Virus record (IMG/VR): IMGVR_UViG_2936514734_000001
Span: 32,001 to 96,000 of that record
Direction: 5' to 3' (one strand)
DNA: 64,000 nucleotides
DNA from: a virus
Lineage: Duplodnaviria > Caudoviricetes
How positions within the stretch are numbered: the first letter of the stretch is position 1; the number at the start of each line of letters is the position of its first letter. Positions 30,009 to 39,301 of the stretch are shown in pieces. A program made the translations under genes and the position numbers. Below the pieces are notes generated by a model. The model saw nothing but the letters and a program-made list of their open reading frames with translations, searched no databases and was not told the DNA's origin.

Positions 30009-32060
30009 ATGTCCATTAACATTAGACAAAAACGATTTACTGTAGCAGTTAATCAAATACTTCAAGAAGAATTACAAAAAGGAAATCTTCCTACATCAAA
30101 AGAATTCGCTACACGTTTAAATAAGTTACTCAGAGAGCAGGATCTAGCTGCTCCTGAGTATGACTTTAGACGCGTGCGTAATAGTGAATTAGCTGAATCT
30201 GCATTCTACAATGAAGTAGTTACAAAGATTCAAAAAGACCTCATGATTCTTTATGAAAATACGATTGCTGTTCATAATGAATTACAAGGTAAGTTTAATT
30301 GGTTTGAAGTAGAGAAAAATCGCTTGGAGTATACAGCTAGAAAATTAGAGGCCGAGCTTAAAGAGAAGATTCTTCTGTACGGGAAAACAGGTTATTTAGC
30401 TAGTGTATTTGACACTTTCGATGATGTATCAAAGATAGATACAGAAGATAATGTTTCTATAGATATTAAAAACCATCAAGTAACACTTAAGCAGCAGGAA
30501 AATACATCGTTCCTTATTACACCTACAAGTAAGATTAGCTTTTCTATGCCGAGTACCGCTACATCCACTTTTAAAAAGATTCCTATTTCCGGCAAGATCG
30601 AACACGCTCTCAATACAAATAACAACGAAACATTTCAAGAGGTCTGGTTGGCTAAGTCAGAAGGGCCGGCAGATGGATTTATCAATATCGATTTTCAAGA
30701 GAAGCAGGTCTTAAACCGAATAGATGTAAGTGTTCATACTTTAAAAGATGTAACAATATACGTGGAATTTACATCTGATGGAACTAACTATTATCACCTT
30801 CCTTACTATCCTGAAGGTAAAATCACAAACAACAGTCTTTCATTCTTTTTCCCTACAACGGAAATGAAGAGTATGCGTATATGGATTAGAAAACAAGAAA
30901 GCGATAAAGAAGTCGTTCACCCTCAAGGGTATTCGTATCAATATTTATTCGGCGTTAAAAAGATTCAATTCTTTCAACTAAGCTTTCCCGCTAGTGGAAA
31001 GATTGTCACTAAGATGCTCACACCTAACACTGACGAGAACTTCTCAATAGGCAAAGTATCCTTGGTAACAGAAGAAGAAATCCCCGATGGTACAGATATT
31101 GAATACTTTGTACGTGTAGATGAAAACGAAAACTGGAAACCTATTTCACCTGTTAATCGTGAAAGCGCAAAGGCTCCAAGTATTATTGATTTCAAATATG
31201 TAGTAAAGGGAAGTCCTACTAGTCTAGGCATTACTAGTAATACCAGCGGTCAAGAAGCTGAAATTATTGAGTTACAAGCTAATGGCATTTCGTTTTATTC
31301 TTTAGGTTCAATTGAGAAGCGCAAAATCATTCCTCGTACAGAGCGTTTATATATAGGAAAAGATGCTTGGAGTATTCAAAAAACAGAGCAAGATTTTGGT
31401 GCTACTCATATTCCTACTATGAATGATTGGAAGCAGCCCCCTAATGAAATTACTAAGTCTGTGATGCCCATTAAAGAGGGTAATCGCGGTGTTATCTTAC
31501 AGGAAGAAACTTTCACAAAACATACTCAACTTTATTATGGAATGGGTATTTATTATGAAGGGCAAGAGCAAGTTCTTTCTACAATTCCATCCTCAACAGA
31601 ACCTATTGCTATTTTCTTAAATGGTGAAAAACTATTTGAAGGCATTCCTTCTGCACAAACAAATGTTAACTACAAGTTCAAGCAGGGGTGGAATGACGTA
31701 ACAGTTTTAGTTTACGTACAAAGCTTAAGTAGATCCTGTACGATTGACCTAGGATTTGACCCAATTACAGTTAGTACACACTGCTATGCATCTAGTCAGC
31801 CACTAGAAAATGTCTCTGTATTTGACCTTCGTTATAATACAAAGAATAACGATTGGTCTAAGTACGCGCTTTACGAGAAAGATGGAAAAGTCTATATTGT
31901 GGTTAATCATTCGTTACCAGGTGTAACTTATGATTTTTATTATGACTATGTAGATGAAGTAGAACATCGAGAAGTTCAATTAAAAATCTCTTTAAAACAA
32001 TTTTCAGTAGGGCAGTATACAACTCCTGTATTACGCCGCTACACATTGCAATTTAGTTAG
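30009..32060 (+). CDS. structural protein, coiled-coil plus discoidin-like family
   Basis: Paralogous motifs FPTTEMKSMRI, YLFGVKKI, TDIEYFV..WKPISP. Confidence 0.65.
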   Translation: MSINIRQKRFTVAVNQILQEELQKGNLPTSKEFATRLNKLLREQDLAAPEYDFRRVRNSELAESAFYNEVVTKIQKDLMILYENTIAVHNELQGKFNWFEVEKNRLEYTARKLEAELKEKILLYGKTGYLASVFDTFDDVSKIDTEDNVSIDIKNHQVTLKQQENTSFLITPTSKISFSMPSTATSTFKKIPISGKIEHALNTNNNETFQEVWLAKSEGPADGFINIDFQEKQVLNRIDVSVHTLKDVTIYVEFTSDGTNYYHLPYYPEGKITNNSLSFFFPTTEMKSMRIWIRKQESDKEVVHPQGYSYQYLFGVKKIQFFQLSFPASGKIVTKMLTPNTDENFSIGKVSLVTEEEIPDGTDIEYFVRVDENENWKPISPVNRESAKAPSIIDFKYVVKGSPTSLGITSNTSGQEAEIIELQANGISFYSLGSIEKRKIIPRTERLYIGKDAWSIQKTEQDFGATHIPTMNDWKQPPNEITKSVMPIKEGNRGVILQEETFTKHTQLYYGMGIYYEGQEQVLSTIPSSTEPIAIFLNGEKLFEGIPSAQTNVNYKFKQGWNDVTVLVYVQSLSRSCTIDLGFDPITVSTHCYASSQPLENVSVFDLRYNTKNNDWSKYALYEKDGKVYIVVNHSLPGVTYDFYYDYVDEVEHREVQLKISLKQFSVGQYTTPVLRRYTLQFS

Positions 32061-32073
32061 GGGATGAAAGTCT

Positions 32074-32847
32074 ATGATAATTGAAAAGAAATACAAGCCT
32101 TCTTTTCATAAAGCAAATGCTCGGTATCGTGGGGTTACTGAGCTTTCCCAATATACAAACTTTGTTCTTGAATCCGCTCACGACTTGCTATTATTAAGCC
32201 AAATAACAACAGGTAGTGAAGCTGTAAATAAAAAGGGCCACGAGAAAGAACTTTATGATAACTTTGTATCGGTTATGACAGGTGATCAAGAGGTAGCTAA
32301 ATCTAATCTCTTTACCGCTTCAACTCTTCAAAAAATAGACCATTCTAGAACCGTACCTGTTCCTGCATTATCTAGTTGGAGTGCATTAAACGGATGTACA
32401 CTGTCTCAGGCAAACGGGATTTACAAATTAACTTCAAACGGATTGAAAGATCCTGTGGGAATGTATACAACATTGTATGTAGAACCCGGAGATAAAATCT
32501 ATATTCGACTATCAGTTAGAAGTAGTGGCGGTGCACCTGATTTTACTTTTGGTTCAAACAACATGAGACTTGGACCAGGAGAGAACGGTGACACCAAAAA
32601 GGTAGCTGTTCCTAATAACAATCAATTTATTATGGTGGATCATGTATTGAGATTTCAATATGCTGAATCCATTTCACTTAATTTAAATGTTCATCAAAAC
32701 CCCAATGTATTAGCAGCTTCTTCAGTAGAAGTAAAGGATTTAGAAATATTCTATTTTAAAGAAACACCTGTGCAGGTATCCTCATTCGATACAATTATTA
32801 AGCCATCTATAGATGAACTAGAAGAAAAAATAAATTCAATACGATAA
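32074..32847 (+). CDS. hypothetical structural protein
   Basis: ORF in structural operon. Confidence 0.55.
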   Translation: MIIEKKYKPSFHKANARYRGVTELSQYTNFVLESAHDLLLLSQITTGSEAVNKKGHEKELYDNFVSVMTGDQEVAKSNLFTASTLQKIDHSRTVPVPALSSWSALNGCTLSQANGIYKLTSNGLKDPVGMYTTLYVEPGDKIYIRLSVRSSGGAPDFTFGSNNMRLGPGENGDTKKVAVPNNNQFIMVDHVLRFQYAESISLNLNVHQNPNVLAASSVEVKDLEIFYFKETPVQVSSFDTIIKPSIDELEEKINSIR

Positions 32848-32858
32848 GGAGTGAGTAT

Positions 32859-34106
32859 ATGCGCCCAATTACTTTAAAGAATCCAAGTCTGCAAAAGGGG
32901 CCAAGCTCTTCTGAGGATTTTAATAAGTTACGTAATGACATTCAAACAGATATTACTACCTTATTTAATGTGGTGAATGATCATGAAGATGCAATTGCAA
33001 CTAACATGGACCATGTGATTCGTGAAAATTACTTTTTACAAAACCGCTTGTTAAAACTTCAGGAAAGAGTGAAGGAATTAGAAAACGATTATCAAGCTAA
33101 CAGCATAACAGGAGAAAGTATTCTTAATCGCTCTTTTTACCACGCAAGTAGTATTGCCTCTATTAATGCAAATAACCCCGTAAACGTAGATACTCTTCAC
33201 GGAATTGTTACACCGGTTGTCGTAAATTCTCATGATAAAATTGCATACAAAAATGATCTTGGTCAATATATTTTACCAAGTACATTAGAAGTATCTGTTT
33301 ATGAATCAACTGACGTAGAGCCTGTAGACGAAACAACAAAACAGCTTCAGTATTATGCAATTGATTCAACAGGTATCAATAAAGCTTTTGATGGTGATAA
33401 GAATTCATTTTGGGTTCGTCAATCTGAAACAAATGAGAATAAGTGTGTAACAGAGGTGTATGGCTTAATCCACGTAAAAATACCACAAGAAATTTCTAAT
33501 AACGTGTATACGAACACTCTCTTGCTTCATCCATCTCCCGAGTACTCTATGAGTATCATGGATATTCAATACAAAAACCAGAACGGGGAATGGCGTAGAC
33601 TAGAAACGTACCCTACAAAAATCGTAAGTAATGTTGAGACACCTGTAGAGATTGAAGAAACAGGTAAACTTGTATTCTCATTTCCCAAAAGACAGGTAAC
33701 TGAATTACAAATTTTTATTAAGCAGCCATACTGGTTTAAGCATGACAACAAACGCATTTTTATGTATGGATTTCAAGACATTGTAGTGGAGTACCGTGAG
33801 TATTCGCAAGACACTGCGGAATTTGTAACGAAGTTTTCATTAGAGGGTACGGATCGTCGCTTTGCTAATGTGGAAGCACCGCTGATTACAACACCTATAG
33901 GCTGTCCACCTTTTAATGACTACACAGTTAAACATGAGTTGTATTTCGATGAAGGATTAACTGAGCAGTTTGATTTCTCAACAGATATCTTTCAAACAGT
34001 ACAAGCTGTATATGTAAAGACTATTTTAAAAGTAGCAGGGGATCAGGTACCAATCCTAAGAGAAATTGAGTTACCTTATCGCTATGAAGAAATAGAACCC
34101 ATATAA
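32859..34106 (+). CDS. structural protein, coiled-coil plus discoidin-like family
   Basis: AFDGDKNSFW, FPKRQVTELQI and MYGFQDI motifs. Confidence 0.65.
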   Translation: MRPITLKNPSLQKGPSSSEDFNKLRNDIQTDITTLFNVVNDHEDAIATNMDHVIRENYFLQNRLLKLQERVKELENDYQANSITGESILNRSFYHASSIASINANNPVNVDTLHGIVTPVVVNSHDKIAYKNDLGQYILPSTLEVSVYESTDVEPVDETTKQLQYYAIDSTGINKAFDGDKNSFWVRQSETNENKCVTEVYGLIHVKIPQEISNNVYTNTLLLHPSPEYSMSIMDIQYKNQNGEWRRLETYPTKIVSNVETPVEIEETGKLVFSFPKRQVTELQIFIKQPYWFKHDNKRIFMYGFQDIVVEYREYSQDTAEFVTKFSLEGTDRRFANVEAPLITTPIGCPPFNDYTVKHELYFDEGLTEQFDFSTDIFQTVQAVYVKTILKVAGDQVPILREIELPYRYEEIEPI

Positions 34107-34146
34107 AAAAGGGGAGCATACCATAACGGCTATGCTCCTTTTTTAT
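34105..34146. terminator. bidirectional terminator ending the structural block
   Basis: A-tract GGGGAGCATA...TATGCTCCTT T-tract. Confidence 0.8.
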
Positions 34147-34346
34147 TATGAAATCAGAACAATCATACCAATTAATACTGCTGCAAATAACAAACCTAGA
34201 AAAGCACCTATTATCATTTTACCAAGAGTACCTGTTACAATTTCATGTTGCATTTCCTTGGCTTTTTGTTGGGAGTTTCCCGTTAAAATAAATGCCAAAA
34301 TAGAAACAATGATTAATAATAGTATAGCAATAATTACATAACTCAT
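34146..34346 (-). CDS. small protein with two transmembrane helices
   Basis: Two hydrophobic segments; AAGGAG SD. Confidence 0.65.
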   Translation of the reverse strand: MSYVIIAILLLIIVSILAFILTGNSQQKAKEMQHEIVTGTLGKMIIGAFLGLLFAAVLIGMIVLIS

Positions 34347-34651
34347 AGTACATTTATCTCCTTATACACTGTTATTTCATGAATATTATACCAATTAAAG
34401 TTCTTTTTGGGTGGCTATTTTTATGTTATAATATTATTGTTTCGCGTTATTAGCTCTATGCTAGTAATAAAAAAGAGTAGCTTTCCGAGGGCTACTCTTT
34501 TTGTATATATTCTTCTATAAATTCATTATTAAGTCTCCATAAAAAAAACAAATTCCTACATAAATATGGTATAATTGTTATATAACTATGTTTTCGGGTG
34601 GGCGGTTGCTCTTTTCCTTGCTCTATTTTATAGAGGAAGGAGGTGACCGCT

Positions 34652-34816
34652 ATGGATGTTTTAAAAACTATTTTAGTAGAAATAGCAAAAGTAGTAACTC
34701 ATACTCTAATTAACTACCTAATAAGTCTCATTCCTACTAAAAAACACAAAAAGAAAACCTCCCGCAAAAAGTCATGGGCGACTAAAGGGAGGTCTTCTAA
34801 AAGATATAGAGCTTAA
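34652..34816 (+). CDS. type I toxin-like peptide (54 aa, not in ORF track)
   Basis: MDVLKTILVEIAKVVTHTLINYLISLIPTKKHKKKTSRKKSWATKGRSSKRYRA; amphipathic N-terminus and basic tail; AAGGAGGTGA SD sequestered in a 5' hairpin; own extended -10 and terminator. Confidence 0.8.
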   Translation: MDVLKTILVEIAKVVTHTLINYLISLIPTKKHKKKTSRKKSWATKGRSSKRYRA

Positions 34817-34890
34817 ATTGCAATCTTCCACCTGAATGTAGTAGTTGCTAAAGGCGAGATGTTACCAGCATCTCGTCTTTTTTATGTATA
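34740..34890 (-). ncRNA. antisense antitoxin RNA of the type I TA locus (approximate ends)
   Basis: Minus-strand TGGTATAAT at ~34895-34903; terminator ACCTCCC...GGGAGGT plus T-tract inside the toxin ORF. Confidence 0.65.
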
Positions 34891-35084
34891 AACAATTATA
34901 CCAAATTTCCAAAAAAAAATATATAGGTAAAAACATAAAGGAGGAATTTAAACCCTTGATACTAAAGGGTTTATTTGCTTTTGAAATTCTTAAATTTAAA
35001 GATAAATACCCATAAATGAACAATATTATACATAAATATGGTACATTTGTTTAGTAGTTACATTTGAAAATAGGAGAGATGGGA

Positions 35085-35573
35085 ATGAGTTTTCAGTACA
35101 AAATAACAGATCAGAGTTATGATAAGGAATACAAAGTTTGGGAATATGATAAGATGAGAAAGGAATGTGCTCAACCGGGCGTATATATAATTACTGATAT
35201 TGCTCAAGAAATTCTTTATGTCGGTGAAAGTGAAAATGTTGGACAACGTGTTCGTGATCATATAACTGGAACTGAACAATCAAAACGTGGATTTATAAAA
35301 AGAATTTGCAATATAAGGATTTACCTTTTCGGTACATTAAATCGTGATATAACTGACATGAAAATGTGCGAACATTGGGCTAAAAGAGAATATCCACCAC
35401 TCTTTTCAAAAGATAGCATTGAGTACGATGGAGGAGATACTATTGAGTATTTATCTGACAGCTATACAGTCTGGGAGAATTGGCACAAATATTATGCTAC
35501 AGTAGATGACGAAGTAGTAGATGGAAAAGAATATCAAGAAAAACTTAAAGCAGCTAATTTGAAGCTAAAATAA
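35085..35573 (+). CDS. GIY-YIG nuclease family protein
   Basis: PGVYII...LYVGES.NV..R..DH motif. Confidence 0.8.
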   Translation: MSFQYKITDQSYDKEYKVWEYDKMRKECAQPGVYIITDIAQEILYVGESENVGQRVRDHITGTEQSKRGFIKRICNIRIYLFGTLNRDITDMKMCEHWAKREYPPLFSKDSIEYDGGDTIEYLSDSYTVWENWHKYYATVDDEVVDGKEYQEKLKAANLKLK

Positions 35574-35687
35574 AGGATTTTGTTTGACATCTTCTTTTAT
35601 AAGTGCAAAACTGTAGTATATATTGGCTACTACTCATAGATTTTTTCTAGAGTAGGAAAAAGAGCAGACCTTTTGGCTTGCTCTTTT

Positions 35688-35867
35688 TTATATATTCTTC
35701 TTCATACCACAATTGATACATTCACGCAGGAATTTACCGTTACCTACGCTACTTTTAAACTTTACTCCGTTACAATTATCGCAACGGCCGCTGACTTTAT
35801 CAGGCATCTCACTGTATTCATAAATCTTTGTTAGATCAATATTTGCGTATTTATCTTCTTGTTCCAT
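35688..35867 (-). CDS. small zinc-ribbon protein (59 aa, not in ORF track)
   Basis: MEQEDKYANIDLTKIYEYSEMPDKVSGRCDNC...LRECINCGMKKNI; GAGGGA SD; bidirectional terminator at stop. Confidence 0.75.
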   Translation of the reverse strand: MEQEDKYANIDLTKIYEYSEMPDKVSGRCDNCNGVKFKSSVGNGKFLRECINCGMKKNI

Positions 35868-36095
35868 CTTAATCCCTCACATTCTTTGCTTATCATAGCA
35901 ATATACATAATAAAAAGAAAGGTACTCGAATATATATGACGTAAAACTTTTTAATACAAGAAAAACCCCCGACAATACTTTCATTGCCGAGGGCTTTTCG
36001 CTGTTGAGTAATTTGAATTTAATAAAGTAGTGGTAACGAGTTAGTGAGGCTCGTTAAAATTATTATAGACATTTTTCTACATTATATTCTAACAG

Positions 36096-36410
36096 TTACC
36101 ATTTAGGTCCTTTAGGTAAATCCTCAAGCATCATCATGTGTTTTACTTTAGTCTTAGCATGTTTAACTTCTTTTTCAGCCTTTTCCAGATTGTCAATCTT
36201 TTTAGTAAATGTATCAAAATAGGACCCCATCTCCTGTTGGAAAGCATCCTTCGCGTTACCTGATTTCCACGTAGTTAATTCTTCAACTTTGTTTTTAACA
36301 AGTAACTGTTCGGCTCGCAAATCGGAAATGAGGGAGTCTAACTTGCTACTCAAACGGTCAAGATCATCTAATTCTCTTTTATATTTCTCTAAGTTTTTTT
36401 CATCCATCAT
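36096..36410 (-). CDS. WXG100-like helical partner protein
   Basis: ~100-aa helical hairpin with central WKSG; overlaps lipase gene by 4 nt. Confidence 0.65.
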   Translation of the reverse strand: MMDEKNLEKYKRELDDLDRLSSKLDSLISDLRAEQLLVKNKVEELTTWKSGNAKDAFQQEMGSYFDTFTKKIDNLEKAEKEVKHAKTKVKHMMMLEDLPKGPKW

Positions 36411-37546
36411 TTTAAAACATCAGCCTCCACAAACGATGCCGCTGCAGCATTCAAGTTATTTGCCATTCGAGAGGTATCCTCGGCAAACCAACTACTAAGA
36501 TTATGCGCTTGTCCAATTACATCGTTTACGACACCTTCAGATATTTGAATACCATCCAACATTGTTGCATCTCGTTTAAAGGAAGAACAAAGCTCTTCCA
36601 CCCGTGACACATAGCCTTCCAGTTCACTCGCTAAATTAATTAGATGTTCTGGCATAACATTGATTGTTGCCATTTCTCCAGAAGCATATCTAGGGGACTG
36701 TGCTAAAGACTGACCAGTTAGAATGTTTGTTAGAATAGGGTTGTTTAAATTACCTACACCATCAAATTTGAAGTGTTTCATATTATGATAACTTTCTCCA
36801 GCTAGTGAACCCCAAGCTCTTGAAACAGGGTTGTATCTATTCTTTGAGTTCTCAAGATCAAAGGAAGAACCGATGTAGTATGCGGAACCAATATATCTTT
36901 TATAAGGATTAACAGCTCCAGAACTTATAGAATCTTTAGGGTGAATGTAATTTACGATTTGTTTATCAAACTCACCCTTAACTGCTTTCTCTTTTAGATC
37001 TTTAGGAAGCAAGTTGATAACACTTGGTCCGTTAAACGTAACAGCTTCTACATTATTTTTAGCAGCTGCATAAGATGCAATGGACCCAGCCAAAGAGTGT
37101 CCTGTTAATTTAATATTGTAATCAGGATATTCTTTCTTTACATCTTGAACAAGTTTATCTCCCTGACGAAATTGATTCTTCTGATGGAAATCAACGGACA
37201 ACTTCCCGCTATCATATTCAATGTTTAAACCAAGACGATCAACCTTCTTGCCGCGTACAATATAAGTAGCATCGGTTTTTACGTCCGGCCATGCGCGTCC
37301 TTGTGTAACATTCTCTACTGAGTTGGCTTCAGTACCACGATAAGCAATAACTATATTCTTTTTGTTCTTTAAAACCAAGGCATCAAAACCAGTCTCTGCA
37401 TCATGAACTTTAAACTTTTTACTTTTTATAGTTGTCCATTTTTCATTACCATCTTCATAATGGATAGTATAAGATTTTCTAGGTTTGATATCGTAGGCAA
37501 AGCCACTTAGCTCACGAAACGTTCTATCCCTTACATCTGTAATCAT
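36407..37546 (-). CDS. lipase-family putative T7SS effector with C-terminal WXG-like domain
   Basis: IAYRGT, GHSLAG nucleophile elbow, TFNGP; helical C-terminus ending in FVEAD (FxxxD). Confidence 0.8.
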   Translation of the reverse strand: MITDVRDRTFRELSGFAYDIKPRKSYTIHYEDGNEKWTTIKSKKFKVHDAETGFDALVLKNKKNIVIAYRGTEANSVENVTQGRAWPDVKTDATYIVRGKKVDRLGLNIEYDSGKLSVDFHQKNQFRQGDKLVQDVKKEYPDYNIKLTGHSLAGSIASYAAAKNNVEAVTFNGPSVINLLPKDLKEKAVKGEFDKQIVNYIHPKDSISSGAVNPYKRYIGSAYYIGSSFDLENSKNRYNPVSRAWGSLAGESYHNMKHFKFDGVGNLNNPILTNILTGQSLAQSPRYASGEMATINVMPEHLINLASELEGYVSRVEELCSSFKRDATMLDGIQISEGVVNDVIGQAHNLSSWFAEDTSRMANNLNAAAASFVEADVLK

Positions 37547-37618
37547 AATTGAAGCCTCTCTCCTTATTAGTGTATAATTCTATTATATAAGAATTTCCAA
37601 GAATTTGGAGAGATATGG

Positions 37619-37918
37619 ATGATTAATAAGAAATTGTTTGGCTTTATTTTTATTATTGGAATACTACTTTTAACAGGGTGCGGCAAGGAGGACGACATGG
37701 ATAAGAAAGAGATAGAGAAAACCGCTTCACATGTAGCATCGGAATATATGAAAGTGGAAGAGGATATGGATTTTGTTGTTACTGGTGTAGACTTTTTCGA
37801 TGGTCAAGGAGTAACAACTGTAGCTGTTAATGGACATGAAAAAGGAAAGAAAAAAGAACTAGCAGTTATCATCGATTATGGTGATGATTATAGAGTGCAA
37901 GGGACAGCGGAAAATTAA
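37619..37918 (+). CDS. lipoprotein, probable immunity protein
   Basis: Lipobox LTGC after hydrophobic signal; divergent from lipase. Confidence 0.7.
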   Translation: MINKKLFGFIFIIGILLLTGCGKEDDMDKKEIEKTASHVASEYMKVEEDMDFVVTGVDFFDGQGVTTVAVNGHEKGKKKELAVIIDYGDDYRVQGTAEN

Positions 37919-38092
37919 TAAGAATAAACGAAAAAAGAACCTTTAGATATTGTATCTTTAGGTTCTTTTTTACTAATAAGAGAGCTGAGTTTATACGAGT
38001 TGGATATTGGAGTTTGCCATGTGTTGTAGTACCTTATCAAATATCCATCCATAATTGTATCCAGTTTTTTAAATAATATACATGGTTATGAA

Positions 38093-38254
38093 TCATTGTT
38101 TTTTACAATTATCGCAAGTTACAGGTATGATCTTTCCCGTACTTGTCATCATCGTACCGCTATTATTGTCTAATATAGATAAAGAGGTAATCACTCCGCT
38201 GATATTATTATATCTAACTGAGTCTCCAATATTTAAACCATACCAATCATTCAT
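38093..38254 (-). CDS. small hypothetical protein (53 aa)
   Basis: MNDWYGLNIGDSVRY...VTCDNCKKQ; GAGGTG SD; TGATG coupling to upstream ORF. Confidence 0.6.
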   Translation of the reverse strand: MNDWYGLNIGDSVRYNNISGVITSLSILDNNSGTMMTSTGKIIPVTCDNCKKQ

Positions 38255-38400
38255 CAATACAGTTCACCTCTTTTAAATTTTTTACGACTATAGGAGCCTT
38301 TTCCTTTTTTATTCTTTACTACACGAGTTGAAGCATTAAAAGCCCATGTACCTCGAGTATTAGTCATCTCACCAATTGTTTTTAATTCTCTTTTACTCAT
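38254..38400 (-). CDS. ArfA-like putative ribosome rescue factor (48 aa, not in ORF track)
   Basis: MSKRELKTIGEMTNTRGTWAFNASTRVVKNKKGKGSYSRKKFKRGELY; matches ArfA core RVEKNKKGKGSY.RK. Confidence 0.65.
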   Translation of the reverse strand: MSKRELKTIGEMTNTRGTWAFNASTRVVKNKKGKGSYSRKKFKRGELY

Positions 38401-38751
38401 ACCCAAACCTTCTTTCTTTACTATTAGTTAAATATCTTATATATAATTTCTGCATATCTATTAATAGAGAGTTTAATTACCTTACTTAATTGCTCACAAA
38501 TAAACCATAATAAGAATAAAGGTAACATTGGTATAATTACTAATATTGTTAGTAAAAGAGTTAACCAAGAAATGCTTGGTACACCCATCAAACTTATCAC
38601 CACCAGTTAAGTAAATAGTAAATTACTTTAGTAAATATGTTTTATCATTTACCTAGTTTGTAGAAAAAGTGCGTATTTGTCGTCACCTAGAGTAATACCT
38701 GTAACTTTAAAATTCGAACAGACTTATAATATTTACTTCATTAAGTTGATA

Positions 38752-38897
38752 CAAAGAAAAAGACAGTCGGGGGATGACTGCCTTCTTCAAGTGAGGGAGG
38801 AATGATAATAATGAAGTAAGTAATATTAAGAAAGGTTAAAACAAGTTCGTATTCACGGGGAGTGTGAAGAGATAAAACTTGTGAGGTAACTTACATT
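38752..38897 (-). ncRNA. candidate sRNA with C-rich anti-SD loops
   Basis: Hairpin UUCAC-ACUCCCC-GUGAA, linker UUCCUCCCUC, terminator GGCAGUC-AUCCCCC-GACUGUC plus U-tract. Confidence 0.55.
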
Positions 38898-38998
38898 CTT
38901 AATAAAACCTTTTCATTTATAAAATGCAAACATTAATTTATACAAAATAAAAACGACTACCAAAGAGGGAGCCGCTTGTATTTATTCCTAATATTAAA

Positions 38999-39301
38999 TT
39001 ATAGCTTCATAAAGAAATCATTAACTGTATAATTAGTTTCGTATTTCTTATTAACCATTTCAATTGCCGCTTTAAACCTAAACATCGCATGCCTATCTTC
39101 ATAGTTATCGCCATATAGAAGGTAATTACAGAATGATATCTTGGTTAAGCTTATAACCATCAAATCTTTAAGATCTGGTTCATCAAAGTTTTCATATATT
39201 AACTTATAAAAGTTATCTAGTCGATTAAGCAGAGATTTTTCTGTAACCAAAATTGAATTCTCAACTTTCGTCCTTCCCATATGTACATCACTCGCTTTCA
39301 T
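38999..39301 (-). CDS. hypothetical protein
   Basis: ORF track; terminator at ~38945-38976. Confidence 0.55.
   Translation of the reverse strand: MKASDVHMGRTKVENSILVTEKSLLNRLDNFYKLIYENFDEPDLKDLMVISLTKISFCNYLLYGDNYEDRHAMFRFKAAIEMVNKKYETNYTVNDFFMKL

Noticed and set aside
4234-33757. Many short antisense or out-of-frame ORFs inside structural genes
   Set aside because: Shadows of long ORFs with no recognisable motifs
35030-35055. Ter-like AAATGTACCATATTTATG on the minus strand
   Set aside because: Only about 10/16 to the element's Ter core and already explained as a promoter
38082-38276. Tracked plus-strand 64-aa ORF
   Set aside because: Antisense shadow of two minus-strand ORFs that have SD sequences and translational coupling
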